DNA of 64,000 nt from Chrysomallon squamiferum (GCA_012295275.1 CM022679.1:19282001-19346000); one strand, 5' to 3'. Counted from the stretch's first letter, positions 27,762-40,509 are shown. Made by a program: numbers and translations. Notes: a model not told the origin generated them from the letters alone.

Positions 27762-27910
27762 GACTTAGATAATTTTAAACTGGTATATTACTGGTGCTAT
27801 GGATTAAATAACGATCAGCTGACCTCCAAAATGTGTTATTTAGGTGATAACTCTTTAGGGAAATCTAAATGCAGAATTATATGTTAAGCTTATATTGTGT
27901 AAGATATTCT
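27762..27910 (+). pseudogene. Relic copy of the COX10 5' UTR and exon 1
   Basis: ACGATCAGCTGACCTCCAAAATGTGTTATT(T/C)AGGTG is shared between 27811-27846 and 36383-36418. TTAGATAATTTTAAACTG...CTGGT...TATGGATT is shared with about 36249-36290. The segment carrying the ATG is deleted in the relic. Confidence 0.85.
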
Positions 27911-28039
27911 AAGTCAATGTTTACCTAGAATTTTGAAATTAGGCTGATTTTGACTATGCCTCTATTAAAGATATTTAGTGCATTTTATGCAATAGGGATA
28001 TACATATACCTCAAAAAAAGAGGCAAAAGTTCGGGATGA

Positions 28040-29050
28040 AGAATATATCGAGTTTATTTAATAAGCAAGTCAATTAATTCAGTATCAGTTACTTCAGTTC
28101 AAAGATGAATTCAAAATTCAAGATTTTCCTTACTGTTCTGTCGGAAGGTAATCCCCTGTTTATGTCAGATTACTGATTTTAAGAAGCATGAAGTATGGAT
28201 GATTGAAACTTCAATCTGGGCAGGAATCCAGGCATAAGCAAGATGAGGTGGAGGCAACCTAGGTTTGCAGTTAGCAGGTATCAAGATGATATGGTATGGT
28301 AACAGGGAAATGCAGTGGTCACAGCTATACAGTTTTATTTCAGAGAGGTTGAAACACCAGCCCCCACCTAATGCTGTCATTTTACAGCTGGGATCTGTTG
28401 ACATGGTGACAACAAAAAACAAAGTTCTGAATCAGAACATCACTTGCTCGATTGAGAGAGCAACTCCACTCTATGAGGATCATCTGGCTGAATATGCTGC
28501 CTGGCCTGTACAGGCATGGAGCAAAACACCCAAAGCAGGTAGACAACCCCTAGAAAACAGTAAATAGTGCAGTGAAATCACTGGTCCTTGCAGAGGGAGG
28601 AGCAGTCATTGAGAGTTGGAGATCTGGAAGTGTGCACTGATGTGGTGCACTTGTCAAGCAAGGGAAATGCAGTGAACATGGGAGGAATGCAGGGTGCAGA
28701 GGAAGTGTTGGTTTTGGGTGGGGTTAAGGTGTTCCCATGAGGTAGGTGGATGGATGGAGTGGATATATTCTCACTGTGGTGGCGGGACTCTCAGGAGACA
28801 GCTGCAAGACTATGGTTCATCTGGCCCAGGGTTAGGTTTCACCTGCTGAACTTCAGGTGAACAGGTTATGAACAAAGATTCACTCGAGTCTTCCAAAGGA
28901 ACCCAGTATACCTTCAGGGCCGAATGGGAGCTGTTCAGTGCAACTACAAATATGCCGAGTAGACAGGTAAAGGTAATAGAGATAAACTAAATCTTCAGGA
29001 TTGAAGATGAGTTACGCCCACCACGAATTTTGCTGAGTGGGCTGGTTAAT
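28040..29050 (+). mobile_element. Ngaro/DIRS-like tyrosine-recombinase retroelement relic containing an SGNH-hydrolase ORF fragment
   Basis: A GC-richer block. It translates VWMI..., IWYGNREMQWSQL...PPPNAVILQLGSVDM (SGNH block II/III-like) and DVVHLSSKGN (block V DxxH-like, about 28639-28668), with frameshifts. Animal Ngaro elements are known to carry an SGNH ORF. Boundaries are approximate. Confidence 0.65.
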
Positions 29051-30586
29051 TAGGACAGTTATATATATTGTTATATGTATTATCATATGTAATATACATT
29101 ATTATTATGATAATCATTCAGGCATTTTTCAGATAATGTCTGATACAAAAAATATTTTTTTGACATATAAGTGAGGTGATGATGTAGAATTTAAGCATTT
29201 TTGGAAAAGCTGATATTTATAATAATTTAAATAAGGAATATTTTTTTTAAACATTTTCTATTTTGTATTATTAAAAGATTAATTTAAAATTGAAATCAAA
29301 ATAAACAAATAGAAAAAATATTCAATCATAGTGAATTTTTGAAACGTAATATACAAACTGTTTCCTCTAAATATTAATTAACTATTACAGCAACACAACA
29401 CAAACGAAATTAACAAATTCAGGAAATGATAAATATAAAATATACAAAGCAGAAAAATAATTTGTACAATGTTTAATCAAATGATTACAGGAAATTATAC
29501 TGCTTTGCTGATCACATATTGCTTAAGCCTGAAGTCCTTTACAACAAACTGTGCACAGAGAGAAATGTGTATTACTTATAGAAAAATTAAATAAAAATTA
29601 AAAAAAAAACAACAACAAACAAACAAAAAACACACCACAAACAAAACAAAAAATGTAAACAAAAAAAATAAATTAATAAAAAGCGAGAAATAAAGCAATA
29701 AGACACAAAAAAATCCCAATAATAGATTAAAACATGTTGATACCAAAATTATTCAGAAAAATAAATAATAGAAATGTAATAGAAATATACTGAAATTGTC
29801 TATTTCATTTCAGCTAAGCTATTAGACTGTCAGCCTAAAACACGACAGGATTAATCGTTCCTTTTTATATTTTCTGTTTCAGCCAGCAACATAACGATTC
29901 ATTCATCTAATGATATGGAAATTGCACATAAAAATTCACTTACTATAGCACAACAGCATGTAATATTAATAGGTTTATTCTCTCAAATCATTAAACAAAA
30001 TCTAAATGTTGGACATGTAACTCTTAATACAACCATTCATTCATTCATTCATTGTCAATTTTCTACTCGTTATGTGCACACAATTAAATATGCTGAATGA
30101 AATAAAAAATTTAAAAATGAATCCTTTATCCTAAATTGAAAATAGATTTATACTCTTGTATGCCTGTATGTATATATGTATGCATGTGTATGTGTGTGTT
30201 ATTTTTTATCTGTGAGTTTCTGTTTCAATTTAACATCTTTTTTTTGCAGTAGTGAAGATTTAGTTTATACACTGGTAACAATATAAAAATAACTTGCTCA
30301 AAACTATTTAAATCTGAAGAAGAAAAAAGAAGAAAAAACAACAACAACAACAACAAAAAGAAAAAAGAACAAAGACAAATTCACTTAAAATATCATAACA
30401 ATTATAAAATGAAATGTAATATATATACGTAAAGTAAGAAAATGTAAATAAATCGATACAATTATGAAGCTATCTTGAACACAGTTTATAACAAATAAAA
30501 GAGAGAGAGGAAATAAAAACCTATCCATATAATTTTTAAATTGTTTATTAATGTTTTCTACATTATTAGAGTTATATAATTAATGA

Positions 30587-30617
<31 letters not shown>

Positions 30618-31089
30618 GTTTACAGATGATATTTAAAAGGTCGTCATATAATCAGTCTTGTTGAGCAAATTCAAGTCCTTTATTCGCCTTAAGTTGAAAA
30701 ACAAAAAAACAACATAAAAAAACAGACTGATGAATATAAATACATATATAATCACAATATATATACAAATATACAAATACAGGTGGAAAGTGATTTAACA
30801 GTTAATGACAAAATTAACATAGTATACTAGTAATAATGGTGTGATGTACATAATATACATGTGCTCTATAAACATTATCATGGAATAGCAATAATTATGA
30901 TTATCTATTTATATACTGATGTGTAACAGATGAAATATGATAAATATACTTGTTAATGAAATGGCAGGTTAGTGTATGTCATATTTTAAGTAAGCTATAG
31001 TAAATCATTTTTAACTCTATTTGCCAGAACTAAATATTTTCCCCGGTTGTTGATGTCTTAATTGTTTTCAGTTGTTAATAGTTCAGTGA

Positions 31090-31860
31090 GTCTAAATACA
31101 CTTGTATATCTATGATAACATTGTTTAATATATTTATTCCTCAAAACATTCATAGCTGGCAATTAAGATAAAATTATATTTGTATTCTGTATCATTAAAG
31201 TTACAAATAATATTTTCTTTTAGCCCTGTACATTTCCCCATATCTTCCAATTTCTATATTTGTGTGCATTAATTCAGATATTTGTTATTTCTTTTAAGTT
31301 ATTTAATGATATGAATTTTCTGAGATATGTTTTCAGCTTGAATTCAAGTAACAGAAATTGATATAGGTTCCTTTCAGTGAAATCATTATTTGACTAAAAC
31401 AATACAGTTTAAAATGTTGTAAGTTCTTTCCTTAATTACATTATATTCTCTGTCAACCAGCATATGGTATGTTCCATGCATACCTTAGTCCAAGACTATT
31501 TAGTTCTCTGACTTGTGTTAACCAGTCATCCTTGAATCATTCTATTTCCTCACATATAGCTAAATGGATACAATTTTAATCCAGTATTTTAATAATTTTT
31601 TCATAATATACTGAGGAAAAACACACTACTCACTATATATAAATTCATTACATGCTCCTTGTACTCCAAGTAGTTTTATATAGAATTTGATATGAATATT
31701 TTGAACACCCTCTGCACAGTGGAATCCCCAGACCTCTGACCCATAATTAAGAATACTGTTAACAATGGTGTCAAAAATAGATAACACTGTTTCAGAATTA
31801 AAACAATAAGTGAATATGTTTTGAGTTCAGTTAAATTTACTGTTATAACAGAATAATAAC
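31090..31860 (-). mobile_element. 3' fragment of a non-LTR retrotransposon (RTE-X-like post-RT region)
   Basis: The minus strand reads FDTIVNSILNYGSEVWGFHCAEGVQNIHIKFYIKLLGVQG (about 31775-31655), then INAHK and IEIGRYG (about 31275-31237), YNFILN and LRNKYI. These match YGSEVWG, RxSxHxLxIExGRY and EYHFxLxC motifs of LINE ORF2 C-termini. Many stops and frameshifts are present. Confidence 0.75.
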
Positions 31861-32640
31861 CCAAGATAAATGAATTCACTTAATGCTATTCTTCTAAAGG
31901 ACTGGTAAGTAACCAATATTTATCCATGTGGTCAGCCAGCAGTTTTGTTCCAGAGAGCAGACACTTAATGGGGCTTTCTGCCTAAGGCTGAGCCACTTAA
32001 TAAAGGATATCTTTGTAAAAAGTTAAGCTACTTAATTTTGACGTGACCTGAAGGGGCTCTGGCTGAAGTGTGAGATACTTTAATGAGAAATCAAATATGA
32101 TCAAAAAGTAATAATCCAAGAATAACATTTTTTACAAATGGCAAATAACATTTTATTCTAGGGTGGAAGAGTACTTACGGCCATGAACTACCACTATTAT
32201 GTTTAATCAATAGCCATCCTGTTGATGGAAACTAAAGATAGCTTCATAACTCTCTAAAAAACAGATTAACTGTGTTTTAATTCTGTGTTCTCAAATCAGT
32301 AAAGATTTTAAATTTAAGTAAATGCATATTTGAATCCAAAATCTTAAATTCCATAAACTTGTAAATAAAAGGATGATTAAAAATAAAAGACACTGTTTAA
32401 CACTATTTTAGTTTAATTTAATACTTTATGAAATGGTGGTAAATTGTTTACTTCTTCAAATTATATAGTCTTTTCCTTCAATTTAAATCATTTAAATATC
32501 AAATTTGCAGAAAGAAGCTTAAATTCATATAGTAGTAGTAATAATAATAATAATAAATCCTCATTCTGATCCATGTAATATGAATTTAAAATAAAGTTTG
32601 AACAAATAATAACTGTATAATAATAATAACAGTAATAATA

Positions 32641-32641
<1 letters not shown>

Positions 32642-32680
<39 letters not shown>
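32642..32680. repeat. (TG)n microsatellite
   Basis: Direct reading. Confidence 0.95.
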
Positions 32681-32684
<4 letters not shown>

Positions 32685-34329
32685 ATTAAACTGCATTATA
32701 AATTTCCTTCATTAGTGTTTAACTGCTGGTTTAGACCTCAAATGACCATTTTGAAAATGGTTTTCATTATAAAAATAGCAAATAAATTGTTGTTGTTTTT
32801 ATTAAAAATATTATAAAATTATTATTTTGTTCTGATTTACAGTTCTTGTAAGAGACAATGAAATCAGTACATGTGAATCTACTAATGTTGAGAATGGTGA
32901 ATTCAGAAATAAAACAGTTACTGTCATTTAATTTTACTATTAATAAGGATTGCAGGTAAAAAAAAAAAAACTGGTTACAGTTTTGATATTATCAATATCC
33001 TGCTGAGTCAGAATGTCCCAACATAGCTCTCCAGAGCCTCACAGGATTGGATCATTTGAACAGCTGCAGGATAAAGCTGATATCTTAGATATTAACCTGT
33101 TATTCCCTAATCTTGAGTTTAAATTACCAAGTATTTCCACCATTTCTTTATTTTTTTAAAATCATTTCAGGTTTATCTATGTTTAGTGTGGATAAAATAT
33201 GAATTTCTAAAAATTTGCAAATATTTCTAGCTGCTAAGATACATATAAGCCAAAGAAAAACAAATTAAATCAAAATATTAATGATTTAGTTATTATTTGC
33301 AATTTTTCTGAGAAAAATAAAAAATATATATATATATCACAGAAATTATTATTTACTAATTAGATATTAACTTAAGTAAACTTATAAAGTTAAAAGCATG
33401 TTAACATTGTGTATACAATATCATTATTATAGAATGATACATTTCTGTCAACAGCAATTCAGTATGCTAAAATAAAAAAGTTTAAAATAATAATAAATAA
33501 CAAAAAAAAGGATTCAAAAAAACTAATGTAAATCAAAGGTTTTAAAAATGTTATCAAAAATTGACATAAACTGAGAAATGTCCTTTGGAATATTTTATGC
33601 AACTAAAATTTAAGACTTTCATAAATATATATGCAACAATAAAATAATAATAATAATAATAATAATAAAAATACTGGGTGAAATTCAGTTTTTAATATTG
33701 GTTTTATAACTGATATCAGCTTTTGAGTTGATGATTAATTGCTTTATTTTTGTTATATTGACCTGTAAAATACTTGTTTTTAATGAGAATAAAAAATAAG
33801 TTTAAAATATTGTCCATTTTATTTTTTGTATGATCATGATTGTGTGAGTGCAAACAAAATTTAACAATTATAATTAAAACAACACCATTAATAATGGAAA
33901 TAACCCAAAACAAAACCAAAATTGATGGTTTACATTATATATATACACTAAAAGCACAAGTTAAAGATACGAGAAACAATTGATATGTGAGGTTTATTTC
34001 TCCTTGTTTAAACATAAAGTACTTAGGAAATTCCTCCAAGACATATGGGACATTAAAATATGGTAAACTCTGCCACTGATGCTTTCTTAACGAACCCAGG
34101 ACAGTAAAGGTCAGGGGTGTGAAATGTTACCTGTGTGACTGTGGTGAAATAAAGTTGAAGAGAAGAGAAAATTTTGAGCCAATTCTCTGCATTATAATTA
34201 CTATGTTTTTATCAGGATATATTGTTATTTTATTATATCATGAGGGCAGAGTAAATAAAGTTGTAATCAAAATCGAACTTGTATAGTTTATGTGTGAGGG
34301 TGCTATACACATCCAGCCACATATATTTT

Positions 34330-34475
34330 GTTTTTTGATGAGCCAACAGATCTAAACTGATAATTTCTGAAGGCCAACAAAGAAGGGAAAATCTTTCTGC
34401 TCACAAATCATTTCATGGATGAAACTGACATACTGGCCGGTAAGAAAATTCTTTGGTACATTCAAAATTTTTATA
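34330..34475 (+). pseudogene. Relic copy of ABCA exon 12 (Walker B/H-loop of NBD1) with its downstream intron start
   Basis: TTGATGAGCCAAC...GCCAACAAAGAAGGGAAAATC...CTCACAA.TCATTTCATGGATGAA.CTGACATA.TGGC.G|GTAAGAAAA..CTTTGGTA matches about 14419-14570. The [11 protein letters not shown] part is lost. Confidence 0.9.
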
Positions 34476-35084
34476 AAATAAAAATAAACCAAAATGTTCA
34501 TTTTAATTAATGGTAAAGATAAATGATATAATATTTAAGAATAAAATATTTACTACCATTTCATAAATTTCTAAAATGATTTATTTGGAAATATTTTATT
34601 TGGAATAAATATATCAAATAATGTTTTTATTATTATCTTTTTTTTTTTTTTCTTTTTTTTTGGAATTTAATACCTTGGATACAAAATTAATATTTCATTT
34701 ATTTAAAATTAAAATCTTTACTGACTCCAATATGTAGAACTAAAACTCAGTCTTTTTAGAAATTTATGAACTTACATAATGAAGCTACCTTTAGTTTCCA
34801 TCAAATCAGGAGGACCAAATAATTTTAATCCAAAATAAATTTTTAGTTGGTACCTGACATTGTTTAGCACAAATAAAGTGCATAAACATGATTTCCATGT
34901 TGAGTAAGAAAGTAAATTTCTGTAACATCTAAATAAATGAACACAGCAAACAATTTTAATACATAATTATCTGCTCAAATTTCTAAAATTACAGAAAATG
35001 TTTGTTGTTGCAGACTTTTACTTAAATTTTATACCACATAATTATAATCATGACTAACAGATGAACTACAAGATATATCACAAA

Positions 35085-35540
35085 AATAATTAGGTTTTTC
35101 TATAATTATAAATTTTTGTTGTAATTAGTTATAATAGGTATTTTAATTCAAGTAATTTGTTTAAAAATCATGTTTTTTCTTGGTTCTGCAGATTTTCTTG
35201 AATTTTGCCAAGAAGCAACTTGAAGAAGAAGTGGCCGAGTTCAAAGTTAAAGTTAAAAAGAAGAAGCAACCATCAGGTTGCCATACTAATTCAAGAAACA
35301 ATTCAGCCATTGAGTTATATTGTTTATTGTCTGGTTTTATTGAAACTGAGGAACAGAAAGATTTTTCAGCATAGCATTTCTTTTTTATTTTTCAAATTTT
35401 TTCCTATCTGTTTTTAACTGTTTTCAAATTTTCTGAAACTGTGTTTTTCATGTTGTTGTTTGAAATATTCCTTTTTAGGTCGATCAGCAGATATAATCAC
35501 TCTTCATTTTTTCAAATATATTGAACACAAAGACTGAAAT

Positions 35541-35543
<3 letters not shown>
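35085..35543 (+). pseudogene. Duplicate of the ABCA terminal exon with flanking intron and 3' UTR; ORF 35192-35374 is still open
   Basis: TTCTGCAG|ATTTTCTTG...: IFLNFAKKQLEEEVAEFKVKVKKK aligns without gaps to [24 protein letters not shown] (from 24764). Intron sequence (aaataattaggtttt, about 24617 vs about 35084) and UTR sequence (gatataatca.tcttcatt...caaatatattgaacaca, about 25127 vs about 35490) also match. Confidence 0.92.

Positions 35544-35608
<65 letters not shown>
35544..35608. repeat. (AG)n microsatellite
   Basis: Direct reading. Confidence 0.95.
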
Positions 35609-35611
<3 letters not shown>

Positions 35612-36347
35612 TTAGTTTTAATGTAGATAATGAAACAAGTCACAAACTGTATTTAATACTTAAGAATAAAGTGCAATATACGAAATATGAATAAACTAAA
35701 TCACGCTTACACAAGTTAAGGTAATAATAATACGTGAAAATACAGAATGTTGCAAGATGAGATAGTGTGCAATTTGATATCGTACCAATAAATGTTCAAC
35801 CAGGTTTTGCCTGCCAAAAAGGAACCGATATTTTTATTTAAAATAAGATTGTTGTCAACTTTTCAAATATAATAAGCAGATAATCTCGAAAGTCGGATCT
35901 AGAATGCATTTCGCAGCAACGCTATTGCGTTTTTGATATGTTTTCAATTTCATTATGAATTTATCAAAATATTTGATTTTAAAGAAATACACATCAAAAG
36001 CATTGGATTTACTTTATTAAACTGGCACAATCTGCCGGATTAGAGCATACTTTAATTACTTCATGTGAGAGAAAAGAGAGAGAGACTGACTGCTCTTGTA
36101 CATCAAAAATATTGCTGCTGTGCGAACGTGTTTTCTGTAGGAGGAATGTACAACGAACAAATTTTCCCGTTGCGTTTTCTAACAGCAGCACCAACACTTC
36201 CGCTTCAATTTACATCATGCAGTTCGGGCACGTTTTCGACGTTTGACTTTAGATAATTTTAAACTGATCTATTGCTGGTATTATGGATTGAAGGACATGC
36301 ATTTTAAAAATCTGTCTATGTAGTACTAAACAAATAAATCCCACGGG

Positions 36348-39300
36348 ATGCAGCGATGCGGCCTTTATATCGGTTTCTGTCGACGATCAGCTGACCTCCA
36401 AAATGTGTTATTCAGGTGGTCAAGTGTGAAGTCCAGATCTCTTATTGTTTACGCAAACAAACAAAATTATTGTGCTTCTTCAGCAGCACGCCAGTATATG
36501 TTAAAACATAATGTAAGTTTCATTCTGATACAAGTTTTCTGCGACTCAATAAAATAATAGAGAATCGATGTAATATGGATATAATCATAATGAATCATAA
36601 CATTTTATTCAATTATTGTAATTACATATATTGATATAATGATTTATCATTTTAAGTTTTTCTATATTGAGTATTGTAACAACAGTTATTACATTTATCA
36701 GAATTAGTAATAAGTAAATCAGTATAAAGATGCATTCAAAGAGAAGAAATAATAATAATTACGTACCACGGCAATCGTTTGGTGGTTGAATTGTTAAATA
36801 GACAGTATATGAGTATTCAAATTGTTGTGTTCAGCATTGTTATTATGTTTATTGTTTGTTGTTGCTTCGTGTGTTTTTTTCTCTTTTTTCTTAATCTTAT
36901 CCAGCATGTGATATTCTTGTTAGATTCTGGATGTGTATTAATGTGTTTGTAAGCATAACACTTGACAGTAATTTTGAAAATAACAACCTAATTTAATATG
37001 ATCAGTAATAGTAATAGTTAACAGCTTATTGTTAAAGTTGTGTGTGGCTGTTCATGTTAAAGGAGGTTCAGTTATTCAGTTTATTCTTTCCTCTAAAAAA
37101 TAAAAAATGTTGCTGAGCTTCTATATAAGTAATAATTAATAATAATAATAACCTTCAAATAATTAAACATCAGCTCATTGAAAATCTTTATTTAGTCAAA
37201 ATGGTCCATGGTTTAGTACTATTTTACTAGAAATTAGCACATCTTTGAACCATGAACATTCTCACAAAATGTTAACAAGTGTGTATGGAATTATGACACT
37301 GTAATGAAAGACAATTTTTTAAGAAACCCTGCAAATTGATTTTTTGGGATAATGATATTTTGAATAGATGATGTTTATTGAAAATCATAATATTTCTGTC
37401 AGAAATAATATTTATAAATATACTTGTATTAATTATTAGTTTATTTATAGCATTGTTGGGTTGGGTTTTTTTTTTTGGTGTAGGTGTATGTGATTTTAAA
37501 TATTTGTATTGTACATCTAGGGCTATTAACACTTTAGTCTGCAAAGTTTAGAATTCTTGAAATGCGTATTTATTTCCAGTTATGGGTTTCAATTTGTTTT
37601 CTGTAATTTGTGTACATGTATGTATCTTCTGTTTTTTCTGTTTCATTTATCAATAAAAACATTTCCATACAGATGTAGATAAACTTGTATGCATATGTAT
37701 GTCAGATTCATTTGAACTGTGGCTTTTATTTATTTTAGTTTACCAAATATGCAAAAATATTCAAACACTATTAAACTTGATCAGTTTTTGCTGACCTTTT
37801 CTACCTCAACTTATCAAAGTTTGACTGAATGGTATATCTAGTATCTAAAATAAGTAATATTTTATTTATATTTAAAATAATTGTATTCCATATTTTCAGT
37901 ATGCCACAAGAGCGGCTGTGATAGATGTGCACATTACAAAATGTGTTCCAGGTAGTGAGAACATTCCGCCTGAATGGGATGCAAAAAACAACACATTGGA
38001 TGATGTTAATTCAAAAACTCCTGAAAATGTAGTAGAATCTCAACATAAGCTACAGTTAGATGGCTCTATGTCTCTTCATTTCAAAACATCTGACACAATT
38101 TTAAATGTTGAAACAAAAGATTTCTCACATTTTAGCTTGTTTTTCCCAAATGAAAAGATGGTTTATCATATAACAAATGTTTTGGATCCTAAATTTGAGA
38201 TAGCAAAGATAGTTGCAGAAGCAGAAGAAGCTATATCCCAGAATGAACAATCAGCAAAGGATGACACAGAGTCTGACAACATTCAATCAATAGAAGAACA
38301 TTTATGGAAGGAAAATTATCTTGATTTGAAGAAACTTCCACAGTTATATCTTCAACTCTCCAAGATAAGATTAACAGGTATATTTTTATTTAATATAATA
38401 ATATTTTACTTTTTGGAAACTGAGAAACATGGGAATTTCCTGTATTTTTGTATAATATTTGGTGCAATATTGTTTTAATTATAACATTAAAAATTCATGA
38501 GATTCAGACCACTGTAACTGCTGCTTTCAGTTCATTAAATATTTTTCATTTTCATTAGGTCTGGTAGTTTTGACAACAATGGCAGGCTATGCCATAGCAC
38601 CTGGTATTTTTGACCCAGCAACATTTCTCTTGTGTTCTGTGGGCACTGGTCTCACTTCATGTGCAGCCAATTCAATAAATCAGGTACTTAAGTAATTTTT
38701 TAACTTTCAGTTAATTTTTTCAGTAAAAATTACTTTCACAATTTAAAAAACAGAATTTTCAAATTTATATATATGCATGTTAAATTACCTTTTTTAATTT
38801 AATTATATATTAAGAGAAAAAGATTATTTTTCAGAAGAAATAAAAACATTTAATATAATACTGGTTGAAAATGGATTTCAACTTTTTAGTCATTATTGTA
38901 ATGTTCTGTTTTACATATTGTTTTCTTAATTCCTTATAGTTTATGGAAGTTCCATTTGATGCTCAGATGAACAGAACAAAAAACAGAGTATTGGTTAGGA
39001 AGTATCTAACGTAAGATTTTAATTTTTATTGCTGTTCTACATTGTAATCAGAATAATACCTTTTATCTAATACTGTTATTGTATGTACAAGTTAAATTTT
39101 TTTTTTTTTTTTTTTTTTTTTTCATCCAAAAACCAAAAGGATGTTTCTCTGTTTCTTTTCCAAAATATTATTGCAAATTTTATAATATTTGGATTAAAAA
39201 AAAAAAAATTAAAAGTATTCATGCATTTAATTGTGATGGATAGTGTCATATATAAATTATATTAACAAAAAGTTATTTTTCCTAAAAAGATTATTCTTAA

Positions 39301-40509
39301 TTCAATGGTTTGAAACAAAATAATAACAACAAATCAATACAAAAAAATAAACGTAAATTACCCACCACATGAAACAGAATAATTTCTATTTTCAGAAAAT
39401 AAATTACTGAGAATTAATGAATGTCTTAAGTGTATAATTGTTTTAACATCCACAAACTTTAAAGATATTATTTTAATATTGCATAAGTTCTGTATTTGAG
39501 AGAAATTATTCTTCATTCAGAAATGAAATAGATTTTCTATAACCTTTGTTAACCTTTAATATTAACATTATCCTTAAAATTTCATTCAGATCATATTTAT
39601 TATTAATACTAATTTTTCAGTGAACTGCATGCTGTTTCATTTGCTGCTGTTTGCGGTGTCACTGGTTTGGCAATTTTGTCTCTGGGAGTAAACAGCATCA
39701 CAGCAGCTCTTGGTGCCTTTAATTTGGTATTATATACAATGGGTTATACCCCCTTGAAGAGGATATACCCTGCCAACACATGGGTAGGCTCCATAGTGGG
39801 AGCAATTCCACCTATGATGGGTTGGGCAGCAAGCACTGGTGGTCTGGAAGCAGGTCAGTTAATCAGTATTCTTTTTCACTTTTATTTTAATATTTTTAAA
39901 TTTTCATATTGAAATGTAAATACTAAAACAGATAAAATAGTAAAAGGATGATTAGTTCATTGAATTATTTACCCAGTAGTTGTTTTCCATATTAATTATT
40001 GTTCATTATTCATTTACTACTTTCTTACTTTAAATATTTCTTATTGTTTTTCATACTTTAACAAACACTAATTAAAATATTCCCTGTAAATCACAGGTGC
40101 CTGGCTTCTAGCAGCAGTTATGTTTGCTTGGCAGTTCCCACATTTCAATGCCCTCAGCTGGAACCTGCGTCCCGATTACTCTCGAGCAGGTTATCAGATG
40201 TTGTCGGTGGTCAATCCAGCTATGTGCAAGAGAGTAGCATTTCGTTACTGTTTGGTTACTACAGGTGTCTGTCTTCTCTTTCCTGTTTTTGATGTCACCA
40301 CATGGACATTTGCTGCAGATTCTCTCCCTCTCAATATATATCTAACCTACCTTGGGTGGAGATTTTACCAGAATGGTGATAGTAACTCATCAAGGAAGCT
40401 GTTTCGATTCACTCTTCTACATGTGCCAGCACTCCTCATTTTAATGCTCATAAGCAAGAAAAGTTACGGCAAAAAAATAAAAGACTCTTTGACAGTTCAA
40501 AATACATAG
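36348..40509 (+). CDS. COX10: Protoheme IX farnesyltransferase (heme O synthase), mitochondrial, about 494 aa
   Basis: Exons 36348-36512, 37900-38377, 38559-38683, 38940-39010, 39621-39853 and 40097-40509 are in consistent phase. UbiA/COX10 motifs: [115 protein letters not shown]. The Arg/Ser-rich N-terminus resembles a mitochondrial presequence. The start codon is less certain than the rest. Confidence 0.95.

Noticed and set aside
32965-33150. Exon-like, GC-richer segment on the minus strand with AG/GT boundaries
   Set aside because: All three frames contain stops and I recognise no protein similarity.
33945-34200. Possible Tc1-like left end (TA|CACTAAAAGCACAAGTT...)
   Set aside because: No matching right TIR or transposase sequence was found, so it is too weak to call.
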